64,000 nt of DNA from NCBI GenBank assembly GCA_973895155.1, contig OZ316891.1:19369048-19433047 (forward strand), in the 5' to 3' direction. Source of the stretch: Marsupella aquatica (lineage: Eukaryota > Plantae > Marchantiophyta). Below, in pieces: positions 48,412 through 62,417 of this stretch. A program made the position numbers and the translations under genes. Positions within the stretch are counted from its first letter, which is position 1; the number at the start of each line of letters is the position of its first letter. Under the pieces are notes generated by a model, which saw nothing but the letters and a program-made list of their open reading frames with translations, did no database searches and was not told the origin of the DNA.

Positions 48412-48866
48412 CCGCCACTGTCACTAGGGAGTTCGCGTACCAGAACTCGCCATATTTTCCTTCAATTGTGGAGGCTGGCATCGTAGAGAAGGACACTGAC
48501 AGCAGCATTTTCCTTCAATTGTGGAGGACGCTGGTATCGTAGAGGACGACACTCACTGCAATGTGACTAAGTGGGAAAATCTCCTTCGAACAGTGAGATC
48601 CAGAAAGCGAACATTCGATAGAGCAGTGGAATTTGGAATTTCCGGAGAGAGACCAGACCGGAGAATGATGATCTCGACGTCGATGGCGAAGCGAGGCCTA
48701 CACGCAGCAGCGGCAGCAGAGGTGGCACCGAAGAAGGCGACACTGACTGGAATGTGCAAAAATGGGAGCATCTCCACGCAAGAGTGAGATCGGGAAAACA
48801 AAAATTCGATAGAGCAGAGGAATTTGCAATTTCCGGAGAGAGAGAGAGAGAGCAGACCAGAGAATT

Positions 48867-51800
48867 ATGATGTCGACATCGATGGCGAGGCGAGGCCTTC
48901 ACGCTGCAACGGCAGCAGAGGTGCTGATGGGCACCAACACGTCGATGAATTGTTACAGTTCGGGGGCGACGAGAGCGCGCAGCCCCATGCTCACGAGCAG
49001 CGCCTCTGCGGCCGCGTCCCTCTACCACAACAGCAACAGCAGCGGCGCCTTCTTCAGCGACTGCCACGGCAGCGCCAGGAGGCCGCTCTCCGCCCCGCGC
49101 AGCGGGGCTGCCCGCCCTGGGACCTCTGGTCAGTTTCCCGCACTCTTTGCCCGAATGCCCGACCAACTTTTCTCTCGGTCGCAATTAATTCATTAACCTT
49201 GTCCAGCTACGCCCTGGGACCTCTGGTCAGTTTCCCGCACTCTTTGCCCGAATGCCCGACCAACTTTTCTCTCGGTCGCAATTAATTAATTAACCCTTTC
49301 CGGCTACCGGTTATATAAGTGCATTCCGTGGTTAAACTACCCCTGGCCCATATACTCTGTAGTTAAACTATTACTGACCATATAATATAAATTATGAAAG
49401 GTAGGAGAGTCCAACACTTCGCTTTTTCACATTAGTTTACTCTGCCATGAGACTTTGTTTCAAAATTTTAGTAGAAAATATTAAAAATGGTGTAAACACG
49501 TTTTTGTCTTGGCTAGTGTAAGTTTAGCAGGGCTAATCGTGTAGTCTCTTGATATAAAGCGCTTTTCTTTGGGAATGCAAAAAAATGCACCTTGTATAAG
49601 TGCAGGTCCACACTAACAAAATGATAAATACACAAGTATATTTCCAGTATATAGGTGCAGTCCATGGGTAATTGCAGGCTGGTGGTGTAGTCCCCTAATA
49701 TTAAATTGGAAATGCATTCCATGGTCGCAGTGCATAAATGCATTCCATGGTTAGCTGCAGGCTGTCATGTAGCCCCCTAACATTAAAGCTGAATTGCACA
49801 AAAAATGCAGCTTGTGCAAGTACAGGTCTACACTAACAAATTGATAAAATACATAAGTACATTATATAAAGTTCCATGCACTTGTCCAGTGGAATTGTGT
49901 TGTATGTGGGCTCATTTTATGAATAGTAAGAGCCCTATGCCCGTGCGTTGCATGGCGCAATGAGGGCCGGCCCATAGGGAGTCGGGCCAGGGGGCGAGAG
50001 GCAGTGGCGAGCGCGTTGGGACCGAGGGGAGGGCAAGGTAAGGGAGTAGGGCAAGGATGTGAGGGCGAGGCACGGTATGGACTAAGGGGAGGGCGAGAGG
50101 CAGGGGCAATTGCATCCAAACTGAGGGGAGGGCGAGGCAGGGCGTCAAGTGGGCCGGCAAGGTATCACAAGCATTGATGCCCGTATATGTATATCGCGAG
50201 AGGGGTCCATAATGAAGGCACAGGCATGGGAGGCCTCGCCAGAGAGGATAAGTGCTAATCAAACAGATATGATAATCCTCTAAAATATTTAATGGCCAAT
50301 TTTGATTCCTGCCAATTCTGGATTTCATAACTAGACGAAGAATAGAAAAAAGTGGGATCACTTATTATAGTTGTTGATGATGTTTGTGACCTGATCACAC
50401 ATATGAGAGAATGCATATTAAGCAATCTCCTGAGCACTTATTGGGTAGTGCAACTATACATATATGGATAAGTGCAAAAGCATATCCATGTTCTTATACA
50501 TAGTACATAGAGTGGATAAGTGCAAGCTTGGGGAGTCTTCCCAAGAGCCTGCACTTTAGACAAGATAGACTGTATTGCTTTCTATAAGTCAGCCCTGCCC
50601 TGCCCAATTTCCTGATTGAATTATTTTACCATTTTACTATCTTATCCCCCTAACCAAACTACTCAAAATTACTAACCAGTCTCCAAAACTAATATAACCA
50701 TACCCTTGACAATAGGGTGAACAGTACTACGGACACTCTGGTTTAAATGAGTTCTGAGCCACTGTCTACCATAAGGTTTTAGACAAAAAGTTCTGGGCCA
50801 TTTTAGGGCCCCCACCACTTCAAAGTTCAGTCCATTACCAGGTTGTCCTTTTTTAATATTGTAGGTAGATTAGGGTGTGTCAACGCGCACGCGCAGCTGT
50901 AACTCAGTTACGGCTCAGGACATAAAACTCTGTTCTGGCCGGCAGAACAAAATACTATGGGCTACCAAAGTACGTACCCCATAAGGGTGGTACGTCCAAA
51001 ACATTAAAGCCGTAAAACTTTGGTTATGGGATAGCTTTGACACGCCCTATTGGTCTAATTCCTGTTTGAAATATTTTACTGTTTTTTCCTATCCTCTATC
51101 CCAACCCAAACTGGTCAAGATTGCTAAACAACACCAAAACTGTCTAATTATGAGCTCCCCCCCCCCCCCATTGCCCTGCACTTAGTTTTTTTTCATTTTT
51201 TAACCTCATAACTATTTATATTAGTCTTGGCAGGGCCAGGTAAAAAGAGTTCCCTCATTTGTTTTCTGTAAGCATAGCTTCCCAGAGCTTAGAGTTTAAG
51301 GCAGCTAGAATTTTCACGCCACATCTGGAATATCAGAGCCCCAGGGAAAAGACTTTCTGCCCCTTCCTGTTATTTTAGTGAGCCTTCCGTGAACAGCAGA
51401 AGCCTCGCTGCCCAATCCAAAAGGATGAATAGAATATCAAAACTGTGTAATCCCACACACCTTTGGGCTTAAACTTAGGCTGGCTAACTTCATGGTGTGT
51501 AGGCGTATTCCGTGTTGTTATGATCAGGATGTGCAAAGGTGTCCGTGCAGCCCAAAGGATGAATGAGTACATAATAATATGCTTCAAAATGGAGGATGAG
51601 AAACATTCTTTAAGTTGTAATAATTTGCAGTCACTAAGCGTCCAGTGCTTTTGCTTGTTTTATAGCAAACAGAGGGTTTCCTCTCACCTGAATGCCAGCT
51701 CCATTGTGTGGTGCTGGTTTCAGACATGATTCTAGTCCCACCCCTAAACCTAAACCCCCATTGCACATATTACAAGTTTAGAAAATGAAGCTCCCATGGA

Positions 51801-54800
51801 CCTCCATGTTTGACCAATAGCATGGATGGGCCACTATGGAGCATTACTTGTTAGTACTCAGACAGCCCTTTTCCTTTGTATGAATGCTGATTCGTTTGAG
51901 TGTCAATAAGTGCTTGGATGGTCCATCCGAGTCCCAAGGTCAAACATTGTGGGTAAATCTGAGCATTACTTCTACAAATTTTAACAAGCGCCCTTGAAGA
52001 TAAACCATTCTGAACACTCAGGTCAATAAAATGTGATGGAGTTTTTTGGAAGCATATTACAGGTGGAGGCATTGGATGGAATCCAATTGAACTAAAGATG
52101 GAGAGTCGTCCCATGTCACATCAAGGCATGAACATGCACACTCCTTTCCAAGGTATCACCGAATTTGAGGCTAAACTTCACCTCTTCATGTATTTTGTTA
52201 AAAGGATCTTCCGAGGATCTTCCACAAGCTTACTTTCTAAAACTAAATTTAGCATGACCATTACTCCCTCAAGACTTCACCCATTCACAGACATGGCAAC
52301 CTAATGTTATCTTTGACTGAGTAAAATGAAAATGTTTGGCAGACCACCCACCATCAACAACCACAAACACAAAACTTAAAATAAAAATTCATGTCTCCTC
52401 CACAGGTCTGGGACGACAAAACCTTGATAAATCTTATTTTCTTGGGAGGCTAAGGGCCAAAAAGCAAGAGCTGCAAAATGAGATAAGCACCATGATGATG
52501 GAGATTGAGCGTCTTGAAAAACGGGGCCAGGCTAATTTTCAACTGGACCAACAGTAATGTTAGCCTCATTACTTTTAAGTCACGCACAACCAAATTGTCC
52601 TGTAGTAATTAAAACTTTGGTGCCGGTAGTCTCTAAAAAGATGTATTAATCAAAGAGTAAGGATTTCACGCTCAAGCTTCTGAACCACTTGCACAGTTGT
52701 TTGCTCGGGCAAGATACCCCCTCCCCCAGTTTTAAATCTAAGAAATGCAGTAGTATGACAAGTAATTGTCATATTCAATTGAGTCCTTCTTGTCCACTTG
52801 TGGAATCCCAAATGAAATGAATGGAGTACTCTTACTTATAATTTTAGAAGTTTTATGGCATTAAACTCTTGATTTTATTTGGTCACGTTACGGAAAGAAA
52901 TGGTTGAGTTGTACCATGGTATTGAATCTAATCTCCTGATCCATTTGCCTGAAAAATGACCCAAACACATTCACTTTGTTTCCTCTCGTTCTATGTGCAA
53001 CTCATGGGGAGATATCAATTAAACAGATTGGGTTGAATGTACCGTTTGGATCCAATTCCTTACTTAGGGTGATGTTTATTGAATCAAGTCAGGTTTAAAA
53101 AGTTCACAATGCATAGACACATATTGATGGTATTTCTTGACTTTATAGGCAAGATGCACTTCTTCAAGAAGTGAAACTCTTGAAAGGACAACTTGGGGAC
53201 TACAACATGGTGATGGAAACTGTAAGAATAGGGACTTCTCAAATATATAAAGAAGGCCAAACTTTGGCCATTTAGATTTTGTTTGGAGAAGGTGTTTGTC
53301 ATGTTGGCCAAGGAATTATGGAGATATTTAATACCATATTTGTATTGCCTCACTGAAAAGAGGATTCTGCTGTTACCTATTTTCTAAATTTGGAGATGAA
53401 CAAGAAGCAGAGCCTTTTTTATAATTAAAAAAAAGGATCTGTGAAACCCCACATAAAGAGAATAGTCCTTCACAACATTTGAACTTAGACCTATGAGTCT
53501 GAACTCAAATGAGCTACCATAAAGCCATGCCTCTCGCGGCACAAGAAGCATTGTTTTCTCACAAGCGGAGATTATCTTGTATTGTAGTGATACTAATTCA
53601 CTAATGTACTAAAGTAGAGTTTTATGAAACACTTGAAAACACTAGACTGAGTATAAGATAGACTCTTGGGGCTCAGGTTGCCACAGGAGCTGAGCTTGAC
53701 CAACTTAAAGATACAGTGAAATCATTGAAAGATAATAATGATCATGCGAGAAAAAAGGTTGCCCAGGTGTTTACAGAAAGATCCCAGTTAAGATTATTGG
53801 CACAAACTCAGGGTTCAACTATTGTGTTTGTTTGGATACCAAGTGAAATCCAGACTCAACTTAATCACTCTTCTTTTAGAAGAACAATATTCTATAAATA
53901 TGATATTATCAATGATGACCTATTCTAGCTTATGAATGGTAGATACTAAAAAATTGTTTTGCTTTTATGTTTACACTGCCCATATCAATTCTAACACATT
54001 ACAAAAATGAGTATTTTTGGATCACATGTAGTTCCTAAATTTCTGAACAAACAAAAAAATTGTTGTTCTTCATTTACCCAACCAAATGAACATAAATATT
54101 GCTATCTACAAGCCTCTGTCATGCTGTCAGGAGAATAATTGTTGTCTCAATCCACAGAATGGAAAGAGCAACCAAGGATGCCGAACAGACCTATTTGTCT
54201 ATCATGGTTGAGTTGGAGAGACGATTTGATAGAGAAGTGAGTCTTTTGAGGATGAGGTGTTTCTAGTCAAATATCTGCCATTGCAAAGAAGTATATGTAA
54301 ATAATATTTCAAGGTCTAATATAGAAGTAGCTTAACTAGTCTTCTAAGATACAACAAAAGGACCCTTCTCTGAAGTTTGTAATTGGCAAGATCTTCGTGG
54401 GAATTTTTGATATAATATTGATTAATGCATGAAAACCCAACAGAAGAGGGGAAACAAGCAGTTCCCCAAACAGATCTAAAAAAGTCATATTTGGCAAGCT
54501 ATTACCAAACGATTACAAAAAGGGCTGGATTATGGATTATCTAAAATGGAGAAAAATGACGGTCTTAGTTTGAAGAACTTTTTATCTCATATTAATATAA
54601 GTAGCTTTTTCCCATGTGGAATTTAGTTTATGTATTTATTTTGCTTAATTTACTATATCAGGAGCCAAGTTTGATTTTAAGATTTAATCCATATGTTGAG
54701 CTTGATGGCTGTTGTCTAGGGACCAGAAAAACAATCCAAATACACGGAGGCTATGGAAGAATATACATCACTCAATGCTGAAGTTGAGAGCCTTGAAAGC

Positions 54801-57800
54801 AAGTTGGACGAACTCACTCTTTCTATTGAGCCACTTGAACAGGTATAAAAAACATAGCCTCAAATTAATCTCTATCATGATCGCAATAAAAAAACTCCAT
54901 TTTCTCCATTTCTTAATAATTTTATAATGTTTCAACGTCAAGCTCTTTTGAGAAAAGAAATAGAATAATTTGTGAAATTCCATTAGAATAATTTTCTTTT
55001 CTTGTTTCAGAATTGTTTTTGTCTTGGAGGAAATATCGCCCAAACTAAGGGATATTTTCTGTAAAAGTAAGATTTCTCATAATATATAGAGGCCCAAAAC
55101 ACAAGGAGCTCAATTGAATGGACCATGACACTTAGGGAATGTGCATGAGACAATTTTCATATGTGTTTTGGTAATTTTTTTCTCAAAACTGCAAGCCAAC
55201 TTTTGTCTCAAAGGCATTACACATAATTAATCTATGCTCAATTGTGAATCGAGTCGTGAATCAGCTGCAATGCTATCTTACTTACTTGTGATAAAACAAT
55301 GCAACTGTACAAGATATAAAGGATTTGGAGAAGATGGCACCAGCCACCCAAAAGAAACTGATCCTAGTGGAACAACTCTTGAGTGCTCAAGAGCAATTGC
55401 AACACATGAGAGAGAAAGATGCTTCCTTAGTACCACTCCCTCCAAAGGAAGATAGAGATGCCTTGTCATTAAAGGTGAATAACGCATCAAGAAAATTGCA
55501 CCAAACACCAGATCCAGATTTTTGTTACACAAATATTTGAGGGTAGGATACTAATATATCAACAGCTCAACATCAGATTAGTGGAAGAATTTTTTTCATA
55601 AACCATAATATATAAACTTTCAGAGGTCACAGAAGTGTTAGGAGATTGTCCTAGCAAAATGAAAAGAGAACTTCAATAGACAATCATGAATATTTCTGCT
55701 TTAACAAAATGCCCAGTTGTTGGCCTTTCCTGATTTGCTCCTTTGTTCCTGGTTTGTGAGAAGCAACCCAAATGCATACCCCAACTCTGGCACCCACAAA
55801 AAAGTTGCTCAAGATTCACATTGCTTTTACATACAATTGTTGAGGCATGAGCATGGTTTTTATAAACGAAAAAGTCTATCCAGGTTGATAAATGCAACTA
55901 GCTTAAAGCTCGGGGGTTTCACTTTCACAAAAATGGCACATCACGTGCGACAAAGTATATGGTCATTTTATTGGTTCAAAGGGAAGACTTAAGAATATTT
56001 TGAGAAGAACAGTAGAGTCTTTTAAATCAAATCTTGAGACTTATAAGAACATTAGGGTCTTTATAACCAATTTTTTGCAATATTTCAAGAATATTCTAAC
56101 TTTACAGGGGTTGATTTTTTTTTAAATTCTTACATTTTAGGGGGTCCAAGGCCTAAAAATTTTGCAGGTGATGGGGAGGCATCCATATAATGAGACCCCC
56201 GAGGCATAAAGGGGCAAATTAAAGCCTGTTGAAACCAAAATGGTAGACCTTGAAGAGAAGAAGTTACCATATAATATCACTAACTGTTGCTCAATTCCAT
56301 ACTGCTGGATATCACTGACATAACTCAGCTTGCTCGATCATCACGAGACTTAATGGGTTAGTGAGCCACTTTAGCACCCAACTGACTTGACAAAGATCTA
56401 TGGGGACTTAAGTAATTTCTTACAGTTTTCTTGGTGCAAATTTTGCAGATAAAAGATGATACTGCCAAAATTGCTAGTGCAGCTGCTAAAAGTAGAGAGT
56501 TGGAAAGTGAGATACAATTGTATGAAGAAAAGCTTGTTGCAACTGAAAAAGTCTTGAATAGCTTGAAAGGTGTGTGTGATTTAGGCAGAATGTATCTCAG
56601 GTATATGAATTACATTACTATCTTGAGTCATTTTATGAACATGTAATACCTGGCTTTGGCCCTGAATGTTAGCTTGTAATCTTGAGCAAGTTCTAATTAG
56701 TTCAGACAAATGGGACCTCTAAATGAGCATGTATTAAGAGTCCATTCAAGAAACTCACTTGGGGTTTCATTCCATGAAAAGGTTACGGGTTATAATCAAC
56801 AATGATAACAAGTTTGGAATCCATATGTGAAGATTCCTAAAAAAATGACATATATATATATGTAACTAATAATAATATTCTTGAAACAGTTCTTACTGGT
56901 GACTGCAAGTGATAGTGGAGTATGTTTCCTCCATGTATGATTGGTTAAAAAATTAATTAATTTGCCAATTCTTCCAGGTGGAAGAGCTGAGAAATTTATT
57001 GAGATGCAACAGAAAGAGAAGAAAATGCAATCCTATCTTGACAATTATGAAGCCACATTTCACGAACACATTACTGCTATTAATGTTGTTGAGAAAAATA
57101 TTGAGCATCTGATGGAGTGTGTAAGTCAAGTGAGAATTTCTCTATAATTGTGCTTCTATGTCAAAAAGTTATCTGATACTTATTTAGAGTCTCGTGATCA
57201 GATTACTTAGGTTTAACGTAGTGGTCCATCCAAATATCAACTTCCTAATGTTTGTCTCATACAATGCTTTTCACATTTCTCAATGCCATTTGACAATGCT
57301 AAAGAGTTTCAGATACTATGTAGGTGGAATGCTCCAGCTCAAGTAGAATGAATGGCAATGACACTGACAAGGAAAACAGTGATGATCAAGAAAAGCTTAC
57401 TCAAGGTGCTTGAATATCTTATTTCCAAGAATCTTTATACTGATGTAGACTAGTGTTATTGATAGTCCATGCCAATCATGTATAAGAGGGCCATATTGTT
57501 GAGCAAAGATGCAACTTGCAACAAGTGACATGGACATCACCATCCAGCAAACAAGTAGTCAACACATAGAGATACATGGTTCACGTACCTTAGTTTGACA
57601 AGGCTATGTCCACGGGAACACACTAAAACTTTCCTGCAAATGCACTATAGGCCCATCAGCCACACCAAATCTCAACAGCACAAACTCTCTCTATCTCTAA
57701 AGTGGCTCCGTAATAGTGAGCCTTAGTTCCTCCTCCACAAGCAAATACTGCTTGAATGGGTATATAATTATGATGCAGCACGGCTAACCTAACCAAGCCT

Positions 57801-59064
57801 ACGACTACAATTAGCTTAATTATGGCTACAGTTGTAACTTTAGACCTAAGAGTAAATGCCTAGCACATACTAACCAGAGAAATTGGTATGGTAGATTCTG
57901 AGTCATGCAATGTCAGTCATTAAATTCAACAATTTTTTTCTATAGTTGCTGCATTTATCAACTGGATAATAATCAGGTGGTCATGCAAAATCATTTTATC
58001 AGAGTTAGAAATTCAAAGGGGAGAGCTTAAAGTGCTCCAGCACTTGGATGCTGAAACAACAAAAGAAGTGGAGATTTCCAAGCAAAAAATTGCTACTTTT
58101 CAAAATGAAATAACAAGGCTAATGAATTTGGATGACGTTTGCAGTGCATCGGACTCAAATTGCTTGGTAAAGTAGTCACGTCATTGCAATTGTCCGAGAT
58201 ATTTTCTGTAATTCTTTCCATCAGATATTCTTACCTTTGTGTATTAAGGTAGCAGAATTATCTTAAACAAAGTGGAATTGGCAAACTTGAAAGGATTTCT
58301 ACTTTAATTTGGGAATACAGATTCCAATCACTACAAATGACGAGCTAAGGGACCTTATTTTTAGTGTTTTCTTCCCTAATGAAGCACCCTGGGCTACCTC
58401 AATAGGAACTGGAAGCACAAAAGAAGGAAACAGAAGAGAAGAGATTTAGAATACAACTTCAACTGAAGGAACAAAATGACTTGATAGAGTCACTCCAACA
58501 GCAGCTGAGAGACAGTCCACTCCACAAGAATGTGGAGACTCTAAATTATAGATTTATTGTCGGACAACATCATGTTACAAGGGCACAAGAAGGTATGTTC
58601 AGGCCCTTGTGTTTGTATACTCGTTTGTATGCTCTCCAAGCCTTGTCAACTGTGCCTAGCATAATTGTTAGGTTCATCAGATGACACAATATAGCTGAAC
58701 ATTGACATTTAGTTTTTGCATGATGATCTAATTGTCAAGAAAGTCATAATTGTAGGTCACATGAAGTGGGAACATTTAGGTGAGTATAATAAGAGACAAT
58801 TATCCATATAATCCAAACATTCAATGATTTTCTATAAAATCTCTTTGAGAGGTGGACTTTGACAGTTACAATATTGTTGATTTTGTATTGAAGTTAGAAG
58901 AGATTTATGCTCCCATCTAGGACTATGTTTGACTGGTCAACGTGGTAGCATTTGCAGAACTGGAAATGAAGGAGAGAGAGTTGAATTACAAGCCGATGCT
59001 TGAAAACATTAGATTTATGGTTGCACAGCTTAATGAAGAGATCCGAAGCAACCTTAACTCCTAG
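48867..59064 (+). CDS. IFT74: Intraflagellar transport protein 74 (IFT-B complex)
   Basis: Exons at about 48867-49128, 52063-52152, 52406-52553, 53149-53221, 53677-53785, 54158-54236, 54720-54842, 55322-55474, 56449-56569, 56978-57129, 57324-57405, 58003-58166, 58406-58592, 58958-59064 (TAG); phases are compatible. Motifs ARPGTSG, MESRPMSHQGM, GLGRQNLDKSYFLGRLRAK, EVKLLKGQLGDYNMV, VFTER, IKDDTAKI, LNYKPML..IRFMVAQLN match my recollection of Chlamydomonas and animal IFT74. The first exon is less certain. Confidence 0.88.
50871..51049. mobile_element. MITE in IFT74 intron 1
   Basis: TIRs TAGGGTGTGTCAA / TTGACACGCCCTA (12 of 13 complementary), 179 bp; TSD unclear. Confidence 0.6.
57497..57865 (-). 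mobile_element. Diverged solo LTR related to the copia LTRs, in an IFT74 intron
   Basis: tgttgagcaaagatg...gagatacatggttcac...ctatgtccacgggaacacac...cctagca; near-perfect TSD catat/catac. Confidence 0.85.
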
Positions 59065-59214
59065 AAACAGCCTAGTGCAAAACCCAACAAGTTGACAACT
59101 CATGAAGATACCTTCTGATTCAGTAAGCATTACGACACATATGCAACCCTTCAGTCTAATTCATTTTTCACATATGTATTATTTCATGTAGAGCTAATTC
59201 ACTGAAATGCTTTT

Positions 59215-59650
59215 TGTTGAGCAAAGACGACATTCACAACGGCATGCCCATAACCATCTAGGTAAGCAATCACGTAGTCAACACAGAGAAATATGTGGTT
59301 CACCTCCTCATGAGACTACATCCATGGGAACACGCAAGAAACAATCAAGTAGTTGACATAGACGGATATGTGGTTCACCTCCTCATGAGACTACGTTCAT
59401 GAAACACATAAGAGCTTTCCTACACTCTAGGCTAACCGGCCATACCAAGCATCCACAAGACAAGCTCTCACTATCTCTCAACTGACTCTGTAACAATGAG
59501 CCTGAGTTCCCCCTATCCTCGCCCCTATCCAAGCAAACACCGATTGGATATAGTGTGTGCACAACATGACTAATCTAACCTAGTCTGCGACTAAGGTTAG
59601 CCCTAACTGTGGTACAATCGTAACTATAGACCTAAGAGTTAATCCTAACA
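59215..59650 (-). mobile_element. Solo LTR related to the copia LTRs, ~150 bp after the IFT74 stop, with an internal ~70-bp duplication
   Basis: tgttgagcaaagacgacattc...ccggccataccaagcatccaca...aatcctaaca; perfect 5-bp TSD ctttt/ctttt. Confidence 0.92.
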
Positions 59651-60254
59651 CTTTTGTTGTGTGTCTACATTAATACACCCTAAGCAAGTCTCTATCTAGG
59701 AAATGAGATCTACTACAGTGTATATATATATATCAAAGTTAATTAGGTGTTAATTGTAAGTTGCATCAAGCTAAGTTACATTAGGAGCACCTGCAATAGA
59801 TGGCTAGATAGCATACTTGAGACCTCCAAGATAGGTCTACAAACAACATAATTTGACGAGGACTTCTACTATTGCATATGGATTGCGATCGTCACTTTTA
59901 CGCCAAAAAGAAAAATGGACTGGTCGTGGATTGCAATTAATGACTTTGACTACCTTGGGGAGAAAGCAGTCAGAACATCATGGTGATGCTGAGTAATGGC
60001 ATGACGTCTTAACATCTTTTAGGTTCAAGGTCGCCAAGTCATCAAGTTACCAAGGAAACCGGTTTGATAATGTAATTGAAACCTACTGCAAATTATGGTA
60101 AGGAGACCATTTATAGGTCACTTTTCAATCAAAAGTGTGAACATTGTTATCTGAGTCAGTTTAAATGTCCTGAGCAAGTCCATCCAAGCTTTGCCAATCC
60201 ATCTGGGCTTCATAGGCAAAGTGGAGGTCCATTTGGGCTTTAGTGAATACATTG

Positions 60255-60440
60255 CAACTAACAAGCAACTTGCAGGCAATAAGATCTCATAGCCTGTAGG
60301 CCTCCACACCACTCTGGTACCCAAAAAATTTGATTTTTTTGGACGTAGTATCTAACTTGGTCTTAATTTGCTTAGGTGTGAGAGAATATGCATCACTTCC
60401 AAAAATTACCAAGCCATGATAGTCTGTTTGTCGCATATAA
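60255..60440 (-). pseudogene. Degenerate copia integrase C-terminal fragment
   Basis: DYHGLVIFGSDAYSLTPKQIKTKLDTTSKKIKFFGYQSGVEAYRL* aligns with [46 protein letters not shown] of the in-window pol. Confidence 0.85.
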
Positions 60441-60571
60441 GTCTGTGCTACCCATCCATGTCCATCGGCTGCCGAAACTAATGTTCCTCTAATTGTCACA
60501 ACTTTTGTATGAACTACACTTTTACTTGGAATGTATGAACTACACTTTTGGGTGGGGTTTTGTAAAAGACA

Positions 60572-60640
60572 GTGCACCCTCAAGAGGATTCAAACTTTGC
60601 ACCTCGAGCTCCCACTCAGGCGGTCTACCACTATACCATA
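60572..60640 (-). mobile_element. tRNA-like SINE head (degenerate), next to a ~65-bp tandem duplication (60628-60760)
   Basis: Minus strand reads ggtatagtggtag (A box) ... agtttgaatcctcttgaggg (degenerate B box); no intact cloverleaf. Confidence 0.4.
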
Positions 60641-62417
60641 GATTGCTTGGCAAAAGTGAATCTCACTCCTAGTATTTTACTTATATTACTATGCCCCCAC
60701 TATACCATAGATTGCTTGGCAAAAGTGAAAGTCTCACTCCTAGTATTGAACTTATATTACTGAGCTCAGTTTGGGAAGTCTCTACAATAGGTAGAGAGAT
60801 CATAAATGACTTTCTCGTGACCATCCCACATGGAATCTATCCAACACTCTTACAATTAACAATTAGGAGCCTCCCCTTTTTTTTAATGTTAATTAAACTA
60901 TATGACAGAAATCTTCATGCATGTCCTTATTTAACATACATTATTCTCTCCACATCCTTCTTGCCATGGGCATAAATTTTGGTGGGGCCCCCAAGTCACT
61001 TTGGTGGGGACCTAGAGTCACAATGTAGAGGCTACACTAGAAGCCAGACCCCACATCTAGCTTCCCTTCTTTTTAACTAATATTGTTCTCTTGGCATCCT
61101 TCTTTCCATAGGCATAAATTTTGGTGGCCTCCTAGAGTCACTTTGGTGGGCCCTAGAGTCTTGGTGGGCCCTACCGTCAAGGTTTAGAGGCTGCATTTTA
61201 GAAGCCTAAACCCCAAGTCTAGTTTACTCAATTCCTCACACTTTATAATTAGCACTCTAGAATACTAGACCCAAACTCTTTGTGGGGGGGCGCTTTACAA
61301 GAGGGTGGGGTCGTTTAGTGTCTCTCCATCCAAAGAAAAGTTGATGGCCAAAGTTAAAATGCCTCAGCCAAAACGGGTCTCTGGAAGTAATCAATGTAAT
61401 TCCCTGAAAGAACCATTTGCTCAGGTTTTAGACCACTTTCAAGACGTCTCAGTTTTTGACAAAAAGGCTTGCACACGCCAGCACAAAAAGGGACCCTCAA
61501 GGGGCCCACTGACAGATGCCTAGGTTAGGCAATGCTTTTGCTTGATTGTGGCCCCAAGTGAAGTGTGACCAGTTCCCATATATGAATGGCTATGATTGCA
61601 GCTCTCACTTAGAAAAAAAGAAATTGCAGTCCTCAAGTTCTTGTAAAGCCATCCTAAGATGAATGATAAGCTTAATAAGTGGCACTCTAGAAACCTAGAC
61701 CCCAAGTGTATATAACACTGCCAAAAAGACAAGAACACCAAACCAGGAATCATGGTCCCAAAGGCAACAGAAGCCAATAAAGGGGGGAAGGGAAAGACCC
61801 CAAGAAAAACCAAGGGGCAGCAGCACCAACCCCTGCCCGGCAACCAATCCCCTGGCCTGACCACCCAGGGTGCAGAGGGCAGACTGGGTCTTGGGTAGGG
61901 TGAGCCCACCGCCCTCCACACAATACACCGCAGCAAACCCGAAGCCAACAACCACCAAATCAACCAGACACCGCCATGGAGCCGGAGCCAACTAACAAAA
62001 AAGGCAAGGGAAGGGGGAGGGGCCGGCCGCATGCACGGCGACTCCTTGCAGGGGAAGAGGGAACTTCAGCCTTGGCCCAAGACCACCCCTCCAAGAGGAA
62101 GGGAGAGCCCCATGATGGCCCCCTTGACCAAGGCTGCAGACTCTGAGGTGGGCCTCCACTCCACTCCGCACCCCTCACCTCGGCACCGCCTCCCTCGCCA
62201 CGCCCCGCCTCCGCTGCGCCTTGTGCTCCGCCTGCCTCCGCTCCGGCTTTGCTCCGCTCTGGCTTTGCTCCGCTCTGGTCCAGTCCTCTGTACAGTTATG
62301 AACTCTCCTATTTCGTTTAGCGATTTATAAGTAAGATGAATGAATGATCTATTCCTCAATCCAGGAAGACCGAAAGACCTCAAAAAGACTGTCACAAAGA
62401 GGTGAACGGGATAAGGC

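Noticed and set aside
49290-49310. TTAACCCTTT resembling a piggyBac end
   Set aside because: It is part of the local 97-bp duplication and no matching right end was found.
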